Shown: positions 56,255-64,000 of the stretch, piece by piece
Layout: the number at the start of each line of letters is the position of its first letter
How positions within the stretch are numbered: the first letter of the stretch is position 1
Source: an uncultured bacterium
GTDB lineage: Bacteria; Pseudomonadota; Alphaproteobacteria; UBA8366; JADFVY01
Assembly (NCBI GenBank): GCA_965603635.1
Contig: CBFDDT010000004.1
Coordinates: 927-64,926, forward strand
Direction of reading: 5' to 3'
Length of the DNA stretch: 64,000 bases
Translations under genes and position numbers: made by a program
The notes under the pieces: model-generated
The model's database searches: none
What the model was told of the DNA's origin: nothing
The model's input: only the letters and a program-made list of their open reading frames with translations

Positions 56255-57544
56255 ATGCAGGACATCGATAAGTCGAAACTGGCGAATAACGTAAAACGTC
56301 TGGGTCACATAAATATTCCCGGCGGCGGACAAATTGTTGTCCATGGAAAATATGCCTATATCGGCCATATGGACCCGCCGTACGGCACCACGATCCTGGA
56401 CGTTTCCAACCCGGCCGACCCGAAAATCGTCTCGCAGATCACCCTGCCCGACAACTATTCCCATACCCACAAGGTGCGGGTCGTTGGCGATTTGATGTTC
56501 ACCAATTACGAACAGTTCAACCGCCATTTTCTGCGCAAGGGCGATGCCTTGCCGGACGCCCGTTCGAGGCTGGAGGCAAGCCTCGGCCGCGCGCCGAACG
56601 ACGAGGAACTGGCCGCCGAAGTCGGCGGCGTGAAAGCGTCGGATATCGCGGAACTCGACGAAGCGCAAAAGCGCGGCTACCACGAGGGCGGGTTCTGCAT
56701 CTACGATATTTCCGACCGCGCCAACCCCAAACGCCTCTGCCACAAGAAAACATACGGTTTCGGCGTTCATCGCTTCGACGCGGACGAGAAATACGCCTAC
56801 ATGTCGACCGAGATGGAAGGCTATATCGGCAATATCCTGGTCGTCTACGATTACAGCGATCCCACCGACCCCAAGGAGGTTTCGCGCTGGTCGATGCCCG
56901 GCCAGCATCTGGCCGGCGGCGAAACGCCGACCTGGAAGGGCTACCGCAACCGCCTGCATCACGCCATGCGCGTCGGCGACGAGTTCTGGGCGTCCTGCTG
57001 GCATGCGGGACTGCGCGTGATCGACGCCTCCGACATCAGGAATTTGAAAACCATTGGCGAATACGATTACCACCCGCCAATTCCGGAACCGACCCACACA
57101 GTCATGCCGCTGGAACAGACCATCGACGGCCGGCGCATAGCCGTCGTCGTGGATGAAGAGCACAGCGGCAAGGCCCCCGGCCAGTTGCACGGCTTCATGT
57201 GGACGTTCGACGTCACCGACCTGAGCGACATCAAGCCTCTGGCGATCTGGGATCTCAGCGAGATGGACTCGCCCTACAGCCGCACGCCGGGAGGCCGTTT
57301 CGGCGCCCATCAATATCGCGAGAAGCTGGATTCTACGCTGGTCTATGTCACCTGGTTCGCCGGGGGTCTGCGCATCGTCGACGTCGCCGACCCGGCGAAG
57401 CCGAGGGAAGTCGGCTTTTACATCCCCGAGCCGATCAACGGCTTCTCCAGCCCGCAAAGCAACGATGTGGACGTGGACGAGAATGGCCTGGTCTACCTGC
57501 TGGACCGCAATGCCGGATTCGATATCCTCGAATTCACGCCGTAA
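56255..57544 (+). CDS. LVIVD-repeat beta-propeller protein with a sigma70 region-3-like insertion
   Basis: Repeats TILDVSNPADPK, IYDISDRANPK, VYDYSDPTDPKE, LRVIDASD, LRIVDVADPAKPRE; insert RLEASLGRAPNDEELAAEVG. Confidence 0.85.
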   Translation: MQDIDKSKLANNVKRLGHINIPGGGQIVVHGKYAYIGHMDPPYGTTILDVSNPADPKIVSQITLPDNYSHTHKVRVVGDLMFTNYEQFNRHFLRKGDALPDARSRLEASLGRAPNDEELAAEVGGVKASDIAELDEAQKRGYHEGGFCIYDISDRANPKRLCHKKTYGFGVHRFDADEKYAYMSTEMEGYIGNILVVYDYSDPTDPKEVSRWSMPGQHLAGGETPTWKGYRNRLHHAMRVGDEFWASCWHAGLRVIDASDIRNLKTIGEYDYHPPIPEPTHTVMPLEQTIDGRRIAVVVDEEHSGKAPGQLHGFMWTFDVTDLSDIKPLAIWDLSEMDSPYSRTPGGRFGAHQYREKLDSTLVYVTWFAGGLRIVDVADPAKPREVGFYIPEPINGFSSPQSNDVDVDENGLVYLLDRNAGFDILEFTP

Positions 57545-57685
57545 AGCGCCATCGCCGCCCGTTGCAACCATGACATGGTTGCCGCGCGCGACGATGCGGG
57601 TTTATACTTCGACCTACAATAAATATCACGGCCTGTTGCCGGCGTCTGCCCGGTAAAAACAGGCCCAACATGGAGGTTGTCTGAC

Positions 57686-58762
57686 ATGGTTTCCAGAAGT
57701 TCACATGGTCCAAGGGCCCGTGTTCGTACGCTTATCGGCTTGTTGAGCATAGTGACCCTGTGCGCGATTTTCCTGCCTGCCCAGCCGGCATCCGCCGGAG
57801 GCGAGCTCCACGTCTATAACTGGGGCGACTATATCAATCCCGAGGTGCTGGACCGTTTCGCCGAGGAGCATGGCGTCAAGGTGACGCTGGATACCTATGG
57901 CTCGAACGAGGAAATGCTGGCCAAGATCCAGGCCGGCGCGACCGGCTACGACATCGTTTTCCCGTCGGTGCATATGCACGACATCATGTTTCAACTGGGT
58001 CTGCTGCATAAATCCGACATCAATCAGCACCCTGACTTCAAGAATATAGACAAGGCCTTCCTGCGGGCCAACACCGATCCGAACGGCGAATGGTGTCTGC
58101 CTTATGCGTGGGGCTCAGTCGGCATTTTCTACAACAAGACGAAAGTGCCCGAGATCAAATCCTGGGCCGACTTCTTCGCCATTCCCGAAAAATACGGCGA
58201 GAAGATTGCCGTTCTGGACGACATGCGCGAAACCATCGGCGTTGGCCTCATCATGAACGGCAAGTCCGTGAACAGCACCAATCCGGACGATCTGAAGGCG
58301 GCGCAGGAGTTCCTGCTTAAGCAGAAGCCGAATATCTCCGCGTTCACCTACGACAGCCAGCCGCTGGTGGTTTCCGGTGACATCGCGGCCGCGCATTTCT
58401 ATGTCGGCGCGAATCTCTTCGTGATGGAGAACCCGGAAGAGTTGGCCTATGTGATCCCGGAAGAAGGCGCCACCATGTATCAGGAAGACATCTGTATCCT
58501 GAAATCGTCACCGAACAAGGCGAACGCCAAGAAGTTCCTGGAGTTCTACCTGCGTCCGGAAATCGCCGCACTGAATGTCTCGCAGCAGATGAACGGCACG
58601 GCCAATGTTCCGGCGCGCGCGCTGACGCCCGATAGCATAAGGAACAACCAGAATATCAATGTTCCCGACGATGTGATGAAGCGACTGCAGATCTTCGTCG
58701 ATCTCGGCAAGGATCTTAAAAAGTACGACCGCATCTGGACCAAGGTTCGCACGGCCCAATAG
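57686..58762 (+). CDS. Polyamine-family ABC substrate-binding protein (PotD/PotF-like)
   Basis: LHVYNWGDYI, SNEEMLAK, GYDIVFPS, PYAWGS.G, LDDMRE, IPEEG. Confidence 0.92.
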   Translation: MVSRSSHGPRARVRTLIGLLSIVTLCAIFLPAQPASAGGELHVYNWGDYINPEVLDRFAEEHGVKVTLDTYGSNEEMLAKIQAGATGYDIVFPSVHMHDIMFQLGLLHKSDINQHPDFKNIDKAFLRANTDPNGEWCLPYAWGSVGIFYNKTKVPEIKSWADFFAIPEKYGEKIAVLDDMRETIGVGLIMNGKSVNSTNPDDLKAAQEFLLKQKPNISAFTYDSQPLVVSGDIAAAHFYVGANLFVMENPEELAYVIPEEGATMYQEDICILKSSPNKANAKKFLEFYLRPEIAALNVSQQMNGTANVPARALTPDSIRNNQNINVPDDVMKRLQIFVDLGKDLKKYDRIWTKVRTAQ

Positions 58763-58787
58763 GGCCAGGCATGACACTTGTTGTGGC

Positions 58788-58813
58788 CGGGAAGCCGCGA
58801 TGGCGGCTTCCCG
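58788..58813. other. Intercistronic hairpin after the SBP gene
   Basis: CGGGAAGCCGC-GATG-GCGGCTTCCCG. Confidence 0.6.
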
Positions 58814-58849
58814 CGCCTGTTGGTGTAAATCGGGAAAACCGTTGAAGAC

Positions 58850-59974
58850 ATGACGCCTGCAAGTTCCAGCGAGAAACTTGTCGAACTTCGCGACGCCGTG
58901 AAGCAATTTCAGGCCCCCGAGGGATCGATGGTCACGGCGCTGGATCGCGTGGATCTGCTTGTCGGCGCCAACGAGTTCGTGACACTGCTGGGCCCGTCCG
59001 GCTGTGGCAAGACGACCCTGCTGCGCTGTGTCAGCGGGTTCGAGGATCTGGATCAAGGGACGCTGTCGATCGACGGCGTAACGATGGATGGTATCCCGGC
59101 GCACCGCCGCCCGGTCAATACGGTGTTCCAGAATTACGCGCTTTTCCCGCACATGACGGTCGAGGTGAATGTGGGCTACAGCCTTGAGGTGGCCCACGTC
59201 GCGCGTGACGAGCGAATCCGCCGGGTGGGCGAGGCGCTTGAACTGGTCAATCTTTCCGGCATGGAGAAGCGCAAGCCCTCGCAATTGTCCGGTGGACAGC
59301 AGCAGCGCGTCGCCCTGGCCCGCGCCATCATCAACAGGCCCAAGATACTGCTGCTCGACGAGCCGCTGTCGGCGCTGGACCGCAAGCTGCGCCAGGCCAT
59401 GCAGTTGGAATTGAAGACGCTGCAGAACGAGCTGGGTATTTCCTTCGTGTTCGTGACCCACGACCAGGAAGAAGCGCTGACCATGTCGGACAGGATCGTG
59501 GTCATGGACAACGGCCGCATCCAGCAGGAGGGGCCGCCGACCGAAATCTATCACCGTCCGCGCAATGTGTTCGTCGCCCAGTTTATCGGCGAGAGCAACC
59601 TGTTTACCGGGCGCGCCGTGGCCGTCGAGGGTGGCGAGGCCCGTTTCGAAACCGCGGAAGGGTTGACGCTGACCGGCGCCGCCCGGGAAATTACGGTTGG
59701 CGACGAAGTCGATCTTTTGCTGAGGCCGGAACATTTCGACCTGCTGGACTCGGCGGAAGCCGGATCCGCCGCCGGCAACGTTCTGGCCGTCAAACTGGAA
59801 CAACAGGTGTTCCTGGGCACCGATTATCATCTTCTGGTCAGCACCGAAATTGGCGGCAAGAACCTGCGGGTTACGGTCCGCGACTCGCAGCGCGAACGGC
59901 TGCCGGATTTCGCGCCTGGCGCCAGGCTGCATCTTCGATACTCCGGACAACGCCTTCACGTCCTGGGCGATTAG
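58850..59974 (+). CDS. PotA-like ABC ATPase
   Basis: GPSGCGKTT, VFQNYALFPH, LSGGQQQR, LLDEPLSALD, THDQEEA, C-terminal TOBE-like region. Confidence 0.93.
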   Translation: MTPASSSEKLVELRDAVKQFQAPEGSMVTALDRVDLLVGANEFVTLLGPSGCGKTTLLRCVSGFEDLDQGTLSIDGVTMDGIPAHRRPVNTVFQNYALFPHMTVEVNVGYSLEVAHVARDERIRRVGEALELVNLSGMEKRKPSQLSGGQQQRVALARAIINRPKILLLDEPLSALDRKLRQAMQLELKTLQNELGISFVFVTHDQEEALTMSDRIVVMDNGRIQQEGPPTEIYHRPRNVFVAQFIGESNLFTGRAVAVEGGEARFETAEGLTLTGAAREITVGDEVDLLLRPEHFDLLDSAEAGSAAGNVLAVKLEQQVFLGTDYHLLVSTEIGGKNLRVTVRDSQRERLPDFAPGARLHLRYSGQRLHVLGD

Positions 59975-59976
59975 CG

Positions 59977-60891
59977 ATGGCGCGCATCGGGAAAATAACG
60001 TTGCGCAGACGCGTTGCCCTGGCCGGCCTTCTGGCGCCCGTCACCATATTCCTGGGAATCTTCTTCATGGCGCCGCTCGGGCTGATGGCGGTTTACAGCC
60101 TGTTGGAGCCGGGCCTCTACGGGGGCGTCGAGTGGAACTATTATCATTGGAATTACGGGCGGATTCTGGGCTGGGCGGACGGCCTTATGGAGGAGTTCGA
60201 CCTGGTCTATCTGTATATTTTCATGAAGTCCCTGAAGCTCGCATTCCTGACCGTCGTGATCTCCCTGGTTCTTTGTTATCCGGTGGCCTTTTGGGTCAGC
60301 CGTCTTTCCGACAGCCGCAAGACATTCTTCCTGTTTCTGATTACGCTTCCTTTCTTCGCCAGCCTGATCGTGCGTCTCTACGCCTGGGTGCTGATCCTGC
60401 GGCCCAGCGGCGCGTTCAACCATTTACTGCTCGCCATCGGGCTGATCGACAAGCCGCTGGATATAATCTTCACCGAGAACGCCGTGGTGACCGGCATGGT
60501 CTATGTGATGGTCCCCTTCATGTTCCTCCCGCTTTACGCCAGCGTCGAAAAGCTCGACAAATCGCTGCTGGAGGCAAGCCACGACCTCGGCGCGACCAGG
60601 GTGCAAACCTTCTTCAAGGTCATTGTGCCGCTGACGATGCCAGGCATTGTCGGCGGTTCGATCATCGTGTTCATCCCGTCGCTGGGTAACTTCGTCGTGC
60701 CCGACGTGCTGGGCGGCGCCAAGGTCATGATGGTTGGCAATCTGGTCGAGCAACAGTTCCTTTATGCCCGCAACTGGCCGTTCGGCGCGGCCCTGTCGAT
60801 GATTATCATGGCCACCGTGCTGGTCTTCCTGTTGATCTACGTATCGGTGGCCCTGCGGCGCGACGATCAGGACCAGGGGCTTAATGTATGA
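59977..60891 (+). CDS. PotB-like permease
   Basis: LVLCYPVA, IVRLYAW, PFMFLPLY, LLEASHDLGA, NWPFGAA. Confidence 0.92.
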   Translation: MARIGKITLRRRVALAGLLAPVTIFLGIFFMAPLGLMAVYSLLEPGLYGGVEWNYYHWNYGRILGWADGLMEEFDLVYLYIFMKSLKLAFLTVVISLVLCYPVAFWVSRLSDSRKTFFLFLITLPFFASLIVRLYAWVLILRPSGAFNHLLLAIGLIDKPLDIIFTENAVVTGMVYVMVPFMFLPLYASVEKLDKSLLEASHDLGATRVQTFFKVIVPLTMPGIVGGSIIVFIPSLGNFVVPDVLGGAKVMMVGNLVEQQFLYARNWPFGAALSMIIMATVLVFLLIYVSVALRRDDQDQGLNV

Positions 60892-61730
60892 GGAAAAGCC
60901 GCACCCATTGGACCTGGCATGGGCTGACCTTTTTCAGCATGCTCTTCTTCATTTTCATTTATGCGCCGTTGCTGGTGATCGTCGTCTATTCGTTTAACGC
61001 CAACCCGATCAACATGATGATCTGGTCGGGTTTCACCTTCGACTGGTACAGGACGATTTTTGGAATCGCGGATATCCGGTCCAGCGCGGTGCTCAGCGAC
61101 GCCGTCTATATCGACTCGACCGAGGAATTGCTGAACGCGCTGGGCAACAGCATCATCGTCGCCTTCACCACCACCGCGATTTCCACCGTTCTGGGCACCT
61201 CGACCGCGCTGGCGCTGGCGCGCTATCGCTTCCGGCTTCGGGCCTTTTACCGGATGTTGATGTTCATGCCGATGATCATGCCCGACATCGTGCTGGGGAT
61301 CGGACTGCTGATTTTTTTCGTCACTGCGGGATTCAAGCTAGGGCTGATCACCATCATCATCGGTCACTGCACCTTCCTGGGAAGCTATGTCTTCATCATT
61401 GTCCAGGCGCGCCTGGCCGGGATGGACCGGTCGCTGGAGGAAGCCTCGGGCGATCTCGGCGCCAACGACTGGGTGACCCTGCGCCGGGTGGTTCTGCCGC
61501 AACTCGCGCCCGGCATTATCGGCGGCGCGCTGCTGGCCTTCATCATTTCGATGGACGATCTGGTGATTACCTATTTTATCGCCGGCGTGGATTCGACCAC
61601 CCTGCCGGTATTCATCTTCGGGATGCTGCGCCGTGGCGTAAAACCCGAGATCAACGCAATCGCGACCCTGCTGGTCCTGTTCTCGCTCGCGGTGGCGGCG
61701 GTGGGGCTGTATCTGCGGCGGCGACGATAA
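60888..61730 (+). CDS. PotC-like permease
   Basis: FIYAP, GFTFDWY, PDIV.G, LEEAS.DLGA, S.DD.VIT, PEINA. Confidence 0.92.
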   Translation: MRKSRTHWTWHGLTFFSMLFFIFIYAPLLVIVVYSFNANPINMMIWSGFTFDWYRTIFGIADIRSSAVLSDAVYIDSTEELLNALGNSIIVAFTTTAISTVLGTSTALALARYRFRLRAFYRMLMFMPMIMPDIVLGIGLLIFFVTAGFKLGLITIIIGHCTFLGSYVFIIVQARLAGMDRSLEEASGDLGANDWVTLRRVVLPQLAPGIIGGALLAFIISMDDLVITYFIAGVDSTTLPVFIFGMLRRGVKPEINAIATLLVLFSLAVAAVGLYLRRRR

Positions 61731-61756
61731 ACACGATAAACAAAGAGGGATCGACA

Positions 61757-62842
61757 ATGACGAAACCACGCGCCAGGGACCTTGGGCTGGATTTCCCGGG
61801 AACGCCGGGGCCTCATAACGCCATAACGGACATCCCCGGCGTTCTGGTCGGCTACACCACGCTGATCGACGATGCCGCCAACATCCGCACCGGGGTCACG
61901 GCGATTTTGCCTTATGGCCATGATCCCGAGCCGCGCCCGGTCTGGGCCGGGCAGTTCAGCCTTAACGGCAATGGCGAAATGACCGGGGTGCACTGGATCC
62001 ACGACGCCGGCTATTTCACCGGCCCGGTCTGCATCACCAACACCCATTCGGTGGGGATGGTGCATCACGCCACGACCCGCTGGATGATCGACCATTACGG
62101 CGAGGCCTTCGGCGACGAGCATATCTGGGCCATGCCGGTGGTCGCCGAGACCTATGACGGGGTGCTGAACGATATCAACGGCCAGCATGTTCAGGCCGAA
62201 CATGCCCTTGCCGCGATCGACGGCGCGGAAGGCGGCGTCCCCGCCGAGGGCAATGTGGGAGGTGGCGCCGGCATGGTCTGCTATGAGTTCAAGGGCGGCA
62301 CGGGCACCTCATCGCGCCGGGTCAATCTGGGCGGCGAGGATTACACCGTTGCCGCGCTGGTGCAGGCGAACCACGGCATCCGCGACTGGCTGACCATCCT
62401 GGGCGTGCCGCTGGGGCAGGAGATGCGGGAAGATCTGCTGGTCCCGCGCGAGACCGGGTCGATCATCGTCGTCATCGGCACCGACGCGCCGCTGTCGCCG
62501 CTGAGCCTGCGGCATCTGGCCAAACGCGCCTCGATCGGCATAGGGCGCCACGGCACGCCCAGCGGCAACGGTTCGGGCGATATCTTCCTGGCCTTCAGCA
62601 CCGCCAACAAACGCGAACTGCCGCAACTGGGCGCTGCCAAGCAGAGCTTCGAATTCATCAACAACGAAGTGCTCGACCCATGCTATCTGGCCGCCGTCGA
62701 GGCGGTGGAAGAGGCCGTGGTCAATGCCCTGGTCGCAGCCGAGACCATGACGACCGTGAAGCCCGAGGGACTGACCTGCCGCGCCATCGACCATGATGCG
62801 CTGCGCGATGCGATACGCCGCCACGGGCGGCTGAGGGAGTAA
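61757..62842 (+). CDS. dmpA: DmpA/P1-family (S58) aminopeptidase
   Basis: PG..NAITD.PGV.VG, NGNGEMTG, PVVAET.D..LNDI, EGNVGGG.GM, FKGGTGTSSR, autocleavage site TG|SII, GSGDI. Confidence 0.9.
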   Translation: MTKPRARDLGLDFPGTPGPHNAITDIPGVLVGYTTLIDDAANIRTGVTAILPYGHDPEPRPVWAGQFSLNGNGEMTGVHWIHDAGYFTGPVCITNTHSVGMVHHATTRWMIDHYGEAFGDEHIWAMPVVAETYDGVLNDINGQHVQAEHALAAIDGAEGGVPAEGNVGGGAGMVCYEFKGGTGTSSRRVNLGGEDYTVAALVQANHGIRDWLTILGVPLGQEMREDLLVPRETGSIIVVIGTDAPLSPLSLRHLAKRASIGIGRHGTPSGNGSGDIFLAFSTANKRELPQLGAAKQSFEFINNEVLDPCYLAAVEAVEEAVVNALVAAETMTTVKPEGLTCRAIDHDALRDAIRRHGRLRE

Positions 62843-62847
62843 ATAAA

Positions 62848-63354
62848 ATGATGAAGCGAAACGATGGCGATCCCGACCTGTTGCCGCCGAGTATCGATCC
62901 CGACAAGCTGAAGATCGGTATCCGCCAAGTGAGCATGCGCAACGAGGCGACGGCGCGGTCCGTCATGACGGTGCGCGGCCATACGGTCGTCACCCACGAA
63001 CCGGGGGACGGCGACACGGGGCCGACGCCGCTGGAAACCACGCTGTCGGCGCTGGCCGGCTGCGAGGGAGTCATTATCTATCGCTGCGCCACCGCCATGC
63101 GCTTCAAGTACAGCGCGGTCGAAATCGACGCCGAGGGCGAGGTCGACCAGCGCGGGTCGCGTGGCGTCCGCGGTGTCCGGCCCTATTTCAACTGGGTGAA
63201 AATGACTATCCGAATCCACAGCGGCGAGACGCCGGAGCGGCTGGAGCGGCTGAAAAAGAACGTCGAATATCGCTGTCCGGTGATGAATCTTTTCCGCTCG
63301 GCGGAGGTGGAGGTCGAAGCCAACTGGGCGCTTGTGCCGGAACAGGGAGAATAG
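62848..63354 (+). CDS. OsmC/Ohr-family protein
   Basis: EP..GDTGPTPLE..LSALAGC and VE.RCPV.N, both catalytic-position Cys present. Confidence 0.85.
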   Translation: MMKRNDGDPDLLPPSIDPDKLKIGIRQVSMRNEATARSVMTVRGHTVVTHEPGDGDTGPTPLETTLSALAGCEGVIIYRCATAMRFKYSAVEIDAEGEVDQRGSRGVRGVRPYFNWVKMTIRIHSGETPERLERLKKNVEYRCPVMNLFRSAEVEVEANWALVPEQGE

Positions 63355-63357
63355 CGG

Positions 63358-64000
63358 ATGCAGATGCGGAATCTGGGGGATCAGGGCCTGCGCGTCCCGG
63401 CCATCGGGCTGGGCTGCATGGGCATGTCCACGGCCTATGGCGAGCGTGACGACGAAAGCTCGACCAGGGCAATTCACCGCGCCATCGAGCTTGGCGCCGG
63501 TTTCCTCGACACCTCCGACGCCTATGGCAACGGAGTCAACGAGGAACTGGTGGGCAAGGCCATCGCGGGCAAGCGCGACCAGGTGATCCTGGCCTCCAAG
63601 TTCGGCAATATCCGGCTGCCCGACGGCGGGCGCGAGATCGTCGGCCGGCCCGACTATGTGCCCCAGGCCTGCGACGCCAGCCTGAAGCGGCTGGGGGTCG
63701 ACCATATCGACCTCTATTACCAGCACCGCGTCGACCCCACGGTTCCCATCGAGGAAACGGTCGGCGCCATGGCCCGGCTGATCGAGGCCGGCAAAGTCCG
63801 CTATCTGGGCCTCAGCGAGGCCGGGCCGGAGACCACCCGCCGGGCCAACGCCACCCATCCCATATCCGCGCTGCAGTCGGAATATTCGCTCTGGTGCCGC
63901 GACCTGGAGGCCGACGTGCTGCCGGCCTGCCGCGAATGCGGCATCGGCTTCGCGGCCTACAGCCCGGTGGGGCGCGGTTTCCTGACTGGGACCATCAAGG
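63358..64000 (+). CDS. Aldo/keto reductase (partial, runs off the window)
   Basis: [68 protein letters not shown]. Confidence 0.93.
   Translation, partial: MQMRNLGDQGLRVPAIGLGCMGMSTAYGERDDESSTRAIHRAIELGAGFLDTSDAYGNGVNEELVGKAIAGKRDQVILASKFGNIRLPDGGREIVGRPDYVPQACDASLKRLGVDHIDLYYQHRVDPTVPIEETVGAMARLIEAGKVRYLGLSEAGPETTRRANATHPISALQSEYSLWCRDLEADVLPACRECGIGFAAYSPVGRGFLTGTIK

Noticed and set aside
56255-57544. Calling the LVIVD protein a sigma factor
   Set aside because: Only a region-3-like segment is present; regions 2 and 4 are absent.

Overview
GC-rich chromosomal window, most consistent with an Alphaproteobacterium (Rhodospirillales-like gene content; inferred, not checked by search). It holds about 55 CDS, mostly catabolism, transport and signalling. 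Left: the 3' end of a COG2403 (cDPG synthetase/arginine synthetase-like) gene coupled to carbamate kinase; a peptide-family ABC transporter with an M20 amidohydrolase and a CocE/NonD hydrolase; an AlgI/AlgJ-type O-acetylation pair with a radical SAM gene; an Old Yellow Enzyme-family flavoenzyme; a DUF3238-like + HEAT-repeat gene pair behind an AT-rich leader; a pyrrolysine-free MttB. Centre: hrpB, an RHH-VOC-Tat subunit-GMC cluster, tex, acoR-acoABC with a readable sigma54 promoter, and rimO. Two paralogous hybrid kinase/OmpR-type regulator pairs lie about 20 kb apart. Right: tctCBA, an LVIVD beta-propeller protein with a sigma70 region-3-like insertion, and a potDABC-like transporter followed by dmpA, osmC and an aldo/keto reductase. 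Non-coding signals include three CTAG-bounded palindromic repeats fused to stop codons, a 28-bp tandem repeat in a transporter leader, and three gene remnants. I saw no rRNA, tRNA, CRISPR array, integrase or transposase. All family calls come from motif recognition by eye; no database search was run.
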